Below, in pieces: positions 39,268 through 51,231 of a DNA stretch of 64,000 nt. The translations under genes and the position numbers were made by a program. Position 1 is the first letter of the stretch; each line of letters begins with the position of its first letter. The notes beneath the pieces are model-generated. The model was not told the origin of the DNA, searched no databases, and saw only the letters and a list, made by a program, of their open reading frames with translations. This DNA comes from Azolla caroliniana (Eukaryota > Plantae > Polypodiophyta), in assembly GCA_043228905.1 (NCBI GenBank), contig JBHGNT010000014.1:18290001-18354000 (forward strand), read 5' to 3'.

Positions 39268-42200
39268 ATGGATGTAGAATCTCGAAAACATGAAGATAAC
39301 TATAGAGTGAGTTCTCTCTCTCTCTCTGTCAATTTCTTTCTCCAATTTAAATTATCTCTCTGATGATTGTTTTAACTTCTCAAATTCTGTAATGGTATCT
39401 CTTAAAGCTAATAGAAACCAGTAATTCCATGTGGGATAGCATTTGCATTATGTGTTATTCATTCCTCTTCAAGAGTCCTTGACACTCATTCATGCACGGA
39501 TACCTTGAAATAAAATGCTCGGAGAGATGAAGCATTTTATGTTTCTTTTAAAGCGTTATGTCTCTGACAGAAGCATCAAGGATGTATGCATGATTAAAGT
39601 CATTAGCATGATTTGGAGCTTTATTGTTCAGATCTGCACTAGAGACACAAAATATCTATTGCCTTTCATTGACCATGCATCATCATACACCCAAATGCTG
39701 ACATGGGTGTAGTTTGCAACGATGGACACATAAAATGAAGAGATAATTAGACAATGCCCCACATAGATGGGGATGGTTCCATGAGGTTTTAGCCTATTTG
39801 TTTGCAGCATTGAAATCTTGATGGAATGAAAACTAACAACCCCCCCCCCCCCCCCCCCCTGGAATGAATGAAACTGAACTTATGAAGGCAAGTTTATTTC
39901 CCATAACAAATTCAGAGTTTATTGCCATTGAAGAGAATTGATCTTATTCATGATAGTATAGATATTGTAGGGATGCAAATGCAAAAGTATGTATAGATGG
40001 TATAGTACATATTTGTATATTTAAGCACACATGCACACGCATATTAGGATGCCATGCCAAAAGAGTAGGATTACAGGGGGGGCTCCAGATGAAATCTTGA
40101 TGAAGTCCAAGTTTTGCAAGGACTTCTGAATTTACGTAACAAGAACCTAAGTTGTACACATTGCTAGCATTGCAAGGAATAATTGTGTTTATTCATTTAT
40201 CCAGGCATCCTGTATACGTGATATATAGCTTAACGTGGAATGTATGTATGTATGTAAGAAATCAAATATCACTTTATGGAACCTTTTAAACATCACAAAT
40301 ATTTCTACAGAAAAACTCATGGAAAGCTGTGCTGACTCTAGCATATCAAAGTTTTGGGGTGGTCTATGGCGATTTGAGCACGTCACCCCTTTATGTCTAC
40401 AAAAGCACATTTTATGGAAGCAAAGTTCAGCTCTCCGACACTGATGAAGAGATCCTTGGAGTTCTCTCCTTCATATTTTGGACATTCACTCTGATCCCTG
40501 CTTTGAAGTACGTCTTTATTGTGCTTAGAGCAGATGACAATGGTGAAGGTATGCTTTTCTTCCCTCCCGAAAGACAGTCTGAAAACAACAAATTTTTGTA
40601 GCTTTATTTACTTTTTTACATTCATAAGTTCAAACTGATGGGTTTTCTTATGAAGATATGTATAATATATATATGTGTGTGTGTCCTAGTAAGCCTGTTT
40701 AAAAACATATGAAGTATGAACATGAAAAGTATTTGAACGAGGCTTATTTTCTTTTGCCGGAGTCGATGTTAATAAGGTTTTTCTTCATTTACTTTAGGTG
40801 GTACCTTTGCTCTTTACTCCCTTCTATGTAGACATGCCAAAATAGGTCTTTTGCCTAATAGGCAGGCCATAGATGAGGAGTTGTCAACATATAGTCTGGA
40901 ACAACATCGGATTTCACATCGGTCACACATGATCGAGAACTTATTTGAGAAGCATCAATGGCTACGTTCAGGTCTTCTAATTGTTGTCCTGCTTGGGACT
41001 TGTATGGTGATTGGCGATGGTGTTCTTACTCCCACTATCTCTGGTATTCATTTTGTATTTCAATGTAGGTATCACAAAGCTGCATCATAGTAGGAAATTT
41101 TGCCAACATTACATCTTTTTCCTTTTTCCTTTTTCAGTTCTTTCTGCAGTCTCAGGCCTTAAAGTAAAAGCTAAAGATCTCCACGAGCGTAAGTGCATTT
41201 CAATCTACTTCAATCAGCCCTTGTTATTTGGAAGGGATTTTTAATTGTTTATAACATGTCAGCAACGGATAATTTGACACACACAAATGTTCACTGGTGT
41301 ATAAACACAATCTTTGATAGATGTAAAAAAGCAAAAAAGACATTTTGAGAAGGCTTGAACATGATGATGATGACACATTTTTGTTGATTTTTCTTGTAGA
41401 TTATGTTGTACTCCTTGCATGTGTGATCTTGATTGGACTATTTGCACTCCAGCATCATGGGACTGAAAAGGTCGGAGCTCTGTTTGCTCCAATTGTCATA
41501 GCTTGGCTCTTTTGTATCAGCAGCATCGGTGTTTACAACATATTTCGATGGAATCCGGGTGTTTTTAAAGCCTTGTCACCGTTTTATATGTACAATTTTC
41601 TGAAAAAGACACAGATTGATGGACTCATTTCTCTTGGAGGTGTTCTTCTTTGTATCACAGGTATGATGTTCAATCAATTTGTATCTTTGAGAGGAAGAAA
41701 AATGCATACTCAAACAGAATTCATCACAAATAAGAAAGAAACAGTTTGTTTTGAATGCATAATAATCAATGCACTATTTGCAAAGCACAATGTAGTGGCT
41801 GATGGATGGAATTTAAGCTGATTTCGTAATTCATCTTTCAATGGAAGACAAGAAGGATTCTGGAATTTGGCAATTATAGATATATAAATTAGGCCAACCG
41901 TTCACAGCATATTACTTACGTTTGGTTGAATACTACTAATAAAATTCCTTGTAAATTTAGGAGAATCTTTTAAGACTGTTTGTGAAAAATATCCCAAAGC
42001 TCTTGAAAACCTTGGAAATTTGCCATCTGCAAAATCTTTTAGCCAGAATTGTTTTTCCTTGGGAACCCAGCACATTATCCTTTCATCCTTATTGCATCAC
42101 AGGTGCTGAGGCAATGTATGCTGACTTAGGTCACTTTTCGCAACGCTCCATTCAGGTGCTGTCTCCTATATGATCCATTCATCTTTATTATATCTCAGGG

Positions 42201-44832
42201 GATACAATTTTTACAGTAGCACAAAAGGTGTCTGATAGATCATGATCATGTGCTGTGATTAATTTTCAGGTGGCTTTCACATGTGCAGTTTATCCCTGTT
42301 TAATTCTTGCATACATGGGGCAAGCAGCATTTTTGTCTCGCAACAATGGCGATATCGAACGCAGCTTTTACATGTCTATTCCAAGTAGTGATTTCCATCT
42401 GTTTGTCATATGTTTGCATTATCTTTTGCTACATATTGAAAATCATTTTTGTTGCATTCTTTTTTTTTTTAATGTTCAAAACCATAGAGCATCAAAAAAC
42501 CTTAGAACATGGTTGTTGGGCTGCCAATGATTCTGTCTAGAAGTCAAAGAAGGACAAGTTCATTTCCCTTTTCTTTGAGCAAGGGCATAGTTTGACATTC
42601 TTTAAAATCTAAATTGTGATTCTCATATATCATCCTAGGTGAAGAATATCTTCCCCTTCTTTTTATCTTAGTGGATCATATAAATGTGGATATGAGGCTT
42701 TTTCATTTTTGGCTTCTATCCCTGTTTACTAAGGGCATAGCAAGGATAATTTTCATATATCATCTCGTATGAAGAGTAATGCCTTAAACTATCAGCTTGT
42801 TTCTTGCTTCAATTGCATCATTTAGTGTATGGGGATTGGGGTTTTTTTAACTTATCTAAACCATGTATGTGCAGGGCATGTGTTCTGGCCAGTCTTTCTC
42901 ATCGCTACACTTGCTGCAGTTGTTGGAAGCCAAGCAGTCATCTCAGCCACATTCTCGATCATTAAACAATCTCAATCATTAGGTTGCTTCCCTCGTGTCA
43001 AGATCTTGCATACGTCCAATCACATTTGTGGGCAGATATACATACCCGAAATCAATTGGATTCTCATGGTTCTCTGTTTAGCTATCACGGTTGGATTTAG
43101 AGACACTATTATGATAGGCAATGCATATGGTGAGATATATAGCTTCATATTTCTTCTAACTAAGATCTATCAAGAAAATTTTGGGACTCGAATTTTTTGG
43201 CCTTCTAAGAGAGCCAATGTAGGAATATGCCACAAGAAAAGGGAGGGATCTCAAAACTCTATAAACCCTAATTAAGTAACCCGAAAAATTACTGGATCCT
43301 GCCTGATTTAGAAATGTAGCTTCAAGGGTTTTTCATCAATATATGATAATGTCTGATTTGAGGGAAACTAGTAGAGATTGGCACAATTCCATTTTGTGCC
43401 AATGAAGATTCTGATCCGCAACAGATTCCCACTTGTGAAAAAGGAATCTCCGGAAAATATATATTATGTCCCACCAAATGGGGGCCCACATGTCATGTAT
43501 TAATGGAAAACACCTTTGAAGAGTACATTTCTAAACTATGCAAGATCCACCAGGATGTTTAATCAATTAGGGTTGAGAGAATTTTTAGATTCTCTCCTCT
43601 CATTTTTGTGGAATATGCCCCACCCAAAAGGCTGTTTAAGTTCTTTTTTTGTCATGGTATAAGGGGTCTTTATATGAATGAATGTTATTTCTCATTTTAG
43701 CTCTCACCTTTTGTGGGCACCAGGTCTTGCAGTGATCACAGTGATGTTTGTCACAACATGCCTTATGTTCTTGGTCATGATAATTGTGTGGCAGAAGAGC
43801 ATTCTTATTGCTCTTGGTTTCCTCCTTTTCTTTGGGTCCATTGAGTGCCTCTACATTGCAGCCTCCTTGACCAAAGTACATGAAGGCGGTTGGGTTCCCT
43901 TGGTGCTTTCTATAATCTTCATGGCCATCATGTATATATGGCATTATGGGTTCCGAAAGAAATATGAATTCGATTTACAGAACAAAGTGTCGATGAAGTG
44001 GTTATTAACACTCGGCCCGAGCTTGGGCATAGTCCGAGTTCCCGGTATTGGGCTGATTTACACGGACTTAGTTATGGGCGTTCCGCCTATTTTCTCACAC
44101 TTTGTGACCAATCTTCCGGCTTTCCATAAGATCCTAGTCTTTGTATGCATCAAGAATGTTCCGGTTCCGTATGTGCCATTCGATGAGCGTTGCCTCATTG
44201 GACGCATCGGACCCAAGGAGTTTCACATGTTCAGGTGTATCGTCCGGTATGGCTACAAAGATGTGCAAAAAGATGAAGATGATTTCGAGAACCAACTTGT
44301 GCTGAAGATCGGGGAATTCATACAAACCGAGGCCACAGAGTTCGAGGAGCTTCCGATGAACAATGATATCACTGTTGATGGTCGTTTGTCGGTTATTGGC
44401 ATACCAACCCAACGTGGTATGAAGATTGTTGAACATAGTGATGGGATTGATGGCTCTTCATTGTCCCTCCCGCTTTCTTATGCGAAGTCTTCTCCACAAA
44501 TGCCAAGCTTCCATGGCATAGAAGAGCATGAATCGCCTCAACATTCAATGCGATCAACACGAAAGAAAGTCCGGTTCGAGGTTCCGAATAGCCCTGATAT
44601 CAACCCCGATGTGCGTGACGAGCTCATGGAGCTGGTGGAAGCCAAAGAGGCTGGTGTGGCATATATATTAGGGCACTCTTATGTGAAAGCAAAGAGGAAC
44701 TCATCTCTACTAAAGAAGTTTGTTATCAATGTGGCATACAACTTCCTTAGGAACAACTGCCGTGGCCCCACGGTCGCTTTGAACATTCCTCATCCTTCAA
44801 TGATAGAGGTGGGTATGATCTACTGTGTGTGA
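39268..44832 (+). CDS. KUP: KUP/HAK/KT potassium transporter; exons 39268-39306, 40311-40548, 40798-41043, 41138-41188, 41400-41660, 42103-42155, 42270-42384, 42875-43129, 43724-44832
   Basis: [28 protein letters not shown]|[31 protein letters not shown]|[73 protein letters not shown]. All junctions are GT-AG and in frame. Confidence 0.97.
43209..43636. mobile_element. Foldback MITE (PIF/Harbinger-Tourist-like) in KUP intron 8
   Basis: Imperfect inverted arms of about 140 bp (43209-43351 vs reverse complement of about 43489-43636; shared GG.ATAT.CCACAA, AACCCTAATT, TTTAGAAATGTA). TAA flanks both ends (43206-43208, 43637-43639). Confidence 0.7.
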
Positions 44833-47029
44833 TCATTGAATCATTGATGAGTACTAGTGTGAAGGGAGAGTTGGACTCTTTCTTGCTTAGCATTCTTGTT
44901 GTAAAACCTTATCCCCCAAGTTGTCTCTTGCACTTGAGGATTTTGTATAGAGAAAAAGAGGGATGCCATCACTTAATGGGTAGCCCACCTTGTGGTATGG
45001 CTAACCAATGATTGATTAAAACTGTTTTGTATACTTGGGTTACTATCATCATCATCATCGGGCATGTATACTATGATCACTCACTTTCCATGAATCCCTA
45101 TAGTACTTACCTTGATTTTACTTTCCATGAACACTTCCTTAATGGGTTGTTGGAAGAAGTTACTTAATGGATGATGATTGGTACATATCTTGTTTTAAGT
45201 TAGTTTTGTGGGCGAATTTGATGATTGCATTATGAGCTTGACTTACCTTTCGAGTTTGGCAATCTATTGATTTTGCTTGATTTTGATATACGCATTGGGT
45301 TTGGGAAAAAACACATTGATTAATATTCTAAAAATGTCGATGTGGATAATTGGAACTTGAGCCGCAGTTGGAGTATTTATAGATGAAATTGCATCACCAA
45401 AACTACCATGCATCAATAGCATATAACTTCTCTTTTTTTTAAGGTATGAATTTCTTGTAAGAGTAAATCAATTTACCATTCTGAAAATCGGATATCTTGT
45501 TTCATTCAATATGGTATAATTAGGAATTGCTTCTCGAGAGAAATGTGAAAAGAAGTATGAGCCTTGGCCCCTAAGATAACATTTGGTTGGAATCTTTTCA
45601 ATCTAACAATGTTAAAAAGAAACATTTGTGTTAACGTGAAATAAGTCGGAGATTTTAACATATGCACCTTTGCCATAAATGATATAATCTATTGTCTCAA
45701 TGAACATAAACTTTTATCGAATAATTGGAGAGTTTTGCAACCTTTACAAATAATTAAGGAGTTTTCACAACTAGTTAAAATGTCTTCAATATTAATATAT
45801 GGGGCCCAAGGAGGTGCTTCTCTTCAAGCTTGGTTTTGTCTATAACCAAACTAGTGTTTATTCTCTTACCAAGGTTGTTATTTGAGATCAAACCACCGCA
45901 TGCTCTCTTCTAGAAGGAGGTTGTAGAGCTCCTCTAAGCTTCAAATGATCGAGGTAGTTCTTTTGAGAACTCTCTCTACACTTGTATTCATAGGTAAAGA
46001 ATTAAGAAAGAGACTTAGTTACCAAGAAACTCACCATCACTCATTAATGACATAAAAGATCAACTATTTAATCATGATTATAAGATTAACTCAAGGGCTA
46101 TAGAGGGGGAGATAACTTTGGCTTTAAAATATGTCAAAAGAAAATGCAATTGAGAAGAGTCTAAAAGTGATTTTCATACTTCTCTTACAAAAATATATTT
46201 TCACGAAGAGCATTTCACACTTGTATGAATATGATTATAAGGTTCTCTCTTTCTAATTTCTAAATGTTTTTCTCTACTTATTTACATTGTGTCCTTGGAC
46301 TTAGGCCAATACCACCAGAAAGCTGCATGGAGTGTAATCTGTAGCAAATACTTAACATCTCCCCTTGACCTGATGTACGTGCACCACTTCATGTTTCTTC
46401 AACTAGGGAATTATAATTAACTTGATCAATTTTGAGAAATGATCGGGGTTGTTATGCACACATAATGTAGGTGAGGGTAGAACTCTAATATTTACATAAG
46501 TGAAAGGTATGTTCACTAATGTTAGAAAGGGACTAATGTGATTGGATAGAATGAATGATAGGTGCATGCACCGTCATGATCTTGACAACCAATGAATGGA
46601 GAGTCTTTCAGAAAGGCATATTTATTGAAGAGGTATAAATATGAGGCCTAACTACCCTCATAAGCGCATTACGTAAGAAGGTTGTTGTCTTAAGACACCG
46701 ATGTTGCGGGATAGGCTTTCGTCTCGACAATCATGTTATCTCTTCCAAGGTATTAGTCATCCTAATATCCGGCAGTATGGGATGTGAGTGGTTGGTTGGC
46801 GATGTCTTGATCACAGCTCGGGGGTGGTCGGGTGGAATGGGTTCTTCTATCCAATCTATTACCTTATTTTACTTATTTTTCCTAAACAAAATATCCTTCC
46901 ATTAGTTTAAAAAAAAGAAGTCATAACAACTACAACATACAAAATATTTTTTCCAAACCCATCTTGTGTAAGACAATGGCTGAGGAAACAAATCTATGTA
47001 CTCCAAAGTAGAGGAAAACAGACAACTAA

Positions 47030-47430
47030 TTTGCAAGTTATTCCATAAACAACAACAAAAGTACTTCCATTCGGAGGCAAGCCCTCATAGCCCATAGACA
47101 TGAAACCATTTCAATGCTTCTTCAACATGCTCATGTTCGGCATAATTTGCAATCAACACATTCCACGTTATCCATAGACAGAAACAAAAGTTGTAGCATC
47201 CAGAGGCAAGCCCTTGCAACTCATAGATTGGAACCATTACAATGCTTTTTCATCATGCTATATCCACCAATGCAATTCCAATCAATCTACCTTTATCCAA
47301 AAAACCGAATGCTACCACAACCTTTCAAGGTAGAGAACAATGTATTCCATGCCTCTACATCTCGGTTTTGAAGGTGATCAAATACATTCTATGCTTCTTC
47401 AAGACAACCGCATTTCATATACATGCCTGT
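47030..47430 (-). pseudogene. Mosaic of PPR-motif fragments (PPR pseudogene or candidate TAS-like locus)
   Basis: Minus strand reads GMYMKCGCLEEA*NVFDHLQNRDVEAWNTL / STLKGCGSI / LDKGRLI / GIALVD / EKAL*WFQSMSCKGLPLDATTFVSV / ITWNVLIANYAEHEHVEEALKWF / MGYEGLPPNGSTFV. It has stops, frameshifts and large deletions between pieces. Confidence 0.85.
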
Positions 47431-48885
47431 AAACACAAAAAGAATGCTTCCTCTTTCCACATCAACCATCTCGCCGGTTACCACCAAAATCCTGCACATA
47501 CAACAAGATAATAAGTCAAGTTTTCTCCTCTCCTCATGAGACTATCCTTCGGGCCCCACATATCTTAATTTACTTGTTTTAGTCTATTGATTAGCAATAG
47601 ATTCTTAATCGGGGGGATTGGGTTAGTGGGTGTTAAATGGGAGGGCTTCTCTAATGATGGCTTCTACAATGTGTGGTAAGGAGACAGGATGGGCTAGATT
47701 TCTTGTGGATGTGATGGGTTGACATCATGTGTGTGGTGAATGCAAGGTGGTGGTAGTGAATAGTCTTGGGGGAGGGCTAGACTCCTCGTGGAAACAACAA
47801 ATTTAATTTTATGAGTGAGTGCATGTGATGGGGGAAGTAGAATGCGGACCATCAACAAACATAGATGCCACACCATTGTCTCTTTCATTTGTTTTTTACC
47901 ATGTTTCTCATTCAATCTTCACTTGTGACTTGTAGTTGTTCTTTTGCTTCTTCTCAAGTTTGTTTAGATGTCATTTACACGGGTATTTGCGTCAAGAGTT
48001 GGAATTGAAAGTGAATCTCTTACTTTACTCATTTTATGCTTAACCTATCCACATTTCCATCCTTGTCAAGGTAACCTAGTAATTATGTTCAATGGATCCT
48101 TGCAACTCATGGAGAGCTTGAATATTCTTGTTCTTATATTCAACAAGGTCGTTGTTTTGGCTCAAAGCATCGGTAATACATGTAATGTAAGCATGAAAAT
48201 AAGGAAATAGATAAGAAAATAAAGAGAGGAGGGGGGGGTTGTGGATTGAAGGGATCAAGATGGACCAAAGCCCTAAATGGTGCCCCATACCACTATGTAT
48301 GGCTTCAAGTCATATTGAGCACTACCTTGCGCTCATCACAAGATCACAACCTCGACATGGTAATCTTCCCTCAATGTTTGTACTATGAAGTGAGCAAAGA
48401 GAAGTTAGGTAAGTCATATGAAGACCTCTTAAAAGGCTATACATGACATGTTCAACTATGAGGCCCACACATGGTGAACGAATGCCTCATTGAGCATGAA
48501 ATATTACAATTGGACATGTAATAGAACATTTCAGCATGTGGGCCCCTCAATTCCAAACCATTTCATTAGAACAATAAGCCCAAGGCATAAAAGCTTGGTT
48601 TCAATGAGAAGCCCCTTGTTTGAGTCGTGACTAAGGCCACCTTGTTCTTGATTGCCTTGAGAAGCAGAAAAATATAGTCACAAACCTACTATTAGTTGTG
48701 CCATCAAAGTTAAGAGTAAAAAGTAGTCACTTGAGCTCATTGAATGGCTGAATACTAAATTAGCAGAAGGAAGGTACTCAAACTATTACAAAAAGAAAGG
48801 AAATAAAGGATGTCATGAGATAGTGAGGTTTACAAAAAGGAAAAAGGCCTAGATACAAATAAGAAACAAAGTTGCTAGTCCACGT

Positions 48886-50109
48886 TGTCGTGAAGATCTG
48901 TCACTATGTGCGGATCGTGAGGCGGAACCGCCGGGGTTCTAGACCGGAAGGACTCGAAGTTTTTACTACCTTTAGCGAGAAAGGATTTAAGTTAGATTGA
49001 AAGAGAGAGAGATTTAAACGCTTGACTTTGGGTCGAGAGAGATTGATATGGCGTGAGAGAGATAAAGAGAGATTAAGATTGATACTCTTGACTTTAGATT
49101 TGAAGAACAAGATTAATACATCAATTGTATAACGAATTTTCTTCTTAATATTAAATTTGATATAAAGTACAAAGCTTGCTTGCTCAAAAATCCCCAAAAA
49201 ATTTACATTAATCCTTTCATCTTTTTCTTCCCCTCTTTTATAGATGCCCTCATGCATTTGAGGGTACAAGACATGCATAAAATACATGTTTGCCATTTGG
49301 TGCTCATGTATAACATGTGGTGTATGTTAACCATGTCACTCATTTTAGCTCTCATGTATGAGAATTTACATGTAAAGTTATAAGGATAAAAATATAATTC
49401 TAAGAAAATGTGTTGGCTTAGTGGTAAGCCTATTGACTCTCAACTTGGAGGTGCAAGGTTCAAATCCTTACTTCCCCTCCTTGTGTATATGTATAAATAT
49501 TTACTTATTTATTTATCCATCTAGCCACCGGATGCCGGTTACTGTTCGATCGCCGGTTGTCGGATGCTGAATGCTGGTTATCGTTCGGTCGCCGGATCCC
49601 AGTTTTGGTTATCGTTCCGTCGCCGGATGCCGATTACCATCCGGTTTCATCGTCGGACGCCGGTTACGTTGCCAGTTGCCACCGGCTCCGTCGCCAGTCC
49701 GGTTTTGGTTGGCCAAAACCTTTGCAAGTAGTCAGGCCACACCCATTCATCCAATAGCTTAGTTCAAGTCACTTTGAAGTCTCTATGCTCCACACATAGA
49801 CACAAAGATAATAGCTTTTGCTCTACCTTATATATGGTGAGATCCTTATTTCCTATCTATGTGGGATATCTCACAATTTTATTTTTCTCTTTGTCTTTGC
49901 AAACTTCCTTCCCACATAAGTTGACACTTAGATGTTTGTTTCTTATGTAGTAAAGTGCATCTGAAAGCTCTTCAAGACCTCCATCTTTTTGTACTAAGAT
50001 ATTAAATATATTTAAAATAGTATTTTCACTATTATTGTTTTATATGATTCATACTCGATTTCGTATGTTTTATGCGATTTTCACACCATTGCCAAAAATC
50101 TTCACGACA
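48886..50109 (-). mobile_element. Solo LTR (Ty3/gypsy-type)
   Basis: Inverted termini TGTCGTGAAGAT...ATCTTCACGACA. The minus-strand start TGTCGTGAAGATTTTTGGC matches the LTR start at 51232 (TGTCGTGAAGAATTTTGGC). Flanks ACGT / ATGT fit a 4-bp TSD with one CpG transition. Confidence 0.8.
49412..49478 (+). other. tRNA-derived SINE-like head inside the solo LTR
   Basis: A box TGGCTTAGTGG and B box GGTTCAAATCC at tRNA-like spacing. The acceptor stem does not pair, so this is not a tRNA gene. Confidence 0.6.
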
Positions 50110-51231
50110 ATGTAGTGCCTTTCCCCAAGCCTTGAGTTTTATAAAGAATCGTGGTATGATTTTGTGCAACAGAATAGGTTAGAGATGTGTGTTGTGTGTG
50201 TGTTTGAGAAGAGGCGAGGAGAAAGACACAAGATAGATAGAAGATAGAATACTCAAGAAGATGTATATTACAAAGGCGATTAACCGACACATTACAAAGT
50301 AGGAGGAGGGTGCTTTATATAGTCACCATCTCTCTTCATTAACTACCAAAGCTCATCGGTCATTGGGAATGTGAAAACTGATTAGTTATGTGTCATAGAA
50401 TATGATTTTATGACACAAGTTAATGTGTAGAGAGTAGTGGTGTGACTTTTGACCTTTGAGTGTTCATACACTCTTAAGGTGTGGTGTGTTCACACACTAG
50501 ACTAGGTTGAGCTTGATTCTCAACATGCCCCCTTAAGCTCAACTCAAGTCGGTTCCTTTCGGTTGATGTCCATGCTGGCTGGTACTTGGTTCGGACAATG
50601 TCTGGTTTGTACTCCCCCTCAAGCTAGGCAAGTCGGGGATTGCTAGTCCAAGGTCTAACATGAATTGTCGAAGCTTGTCAGCTCCTAGGGCTTTGGTGAA
50701 GATGTTGGTTGTCTGAAGATTCGCGTTGATGTGTTGAAGGTCGACATCTCCAGCCTGAATACGCTCTCCGATGAATTGAAAGTGCACCTTAATATGCTTC
50801 GTGCGCACGTGGAAAACCGGGTTCCGAACCAGATAAATATTGTACATGTTGTCGCAGTAAAGGGGAGTAGGATCCTTGATGGGAACACCCAGATCCTTTA
50901 AAATCCTCTTGAGTCATACGACTTCACATGCAACCACAGTTCTGCCCCTGTATTTAGCCTCTGTGCTTGAAAGAGTGACAATCGGTTGCTTCTTGTTACT
51001 CTGGGATATTGCACCACTACCGAGGGAGAAGGCAAATCCGAAGGTCGATTGGCGGTCAACTTTGTAGTTGACCCAATCGGCATCTATGTACCCCTCAAGT
51101 AGAATTGGTGTGGCCGATTTGTAGAGAATGCCACAATCCATTGTGCCGCTCACGTATCTTAGCACTCGCTTAGCACAATCCAAGTGAATGTCACGTGGTG
51201 TTTGCATAAATTGGCTAAGGAGACCGACCGG

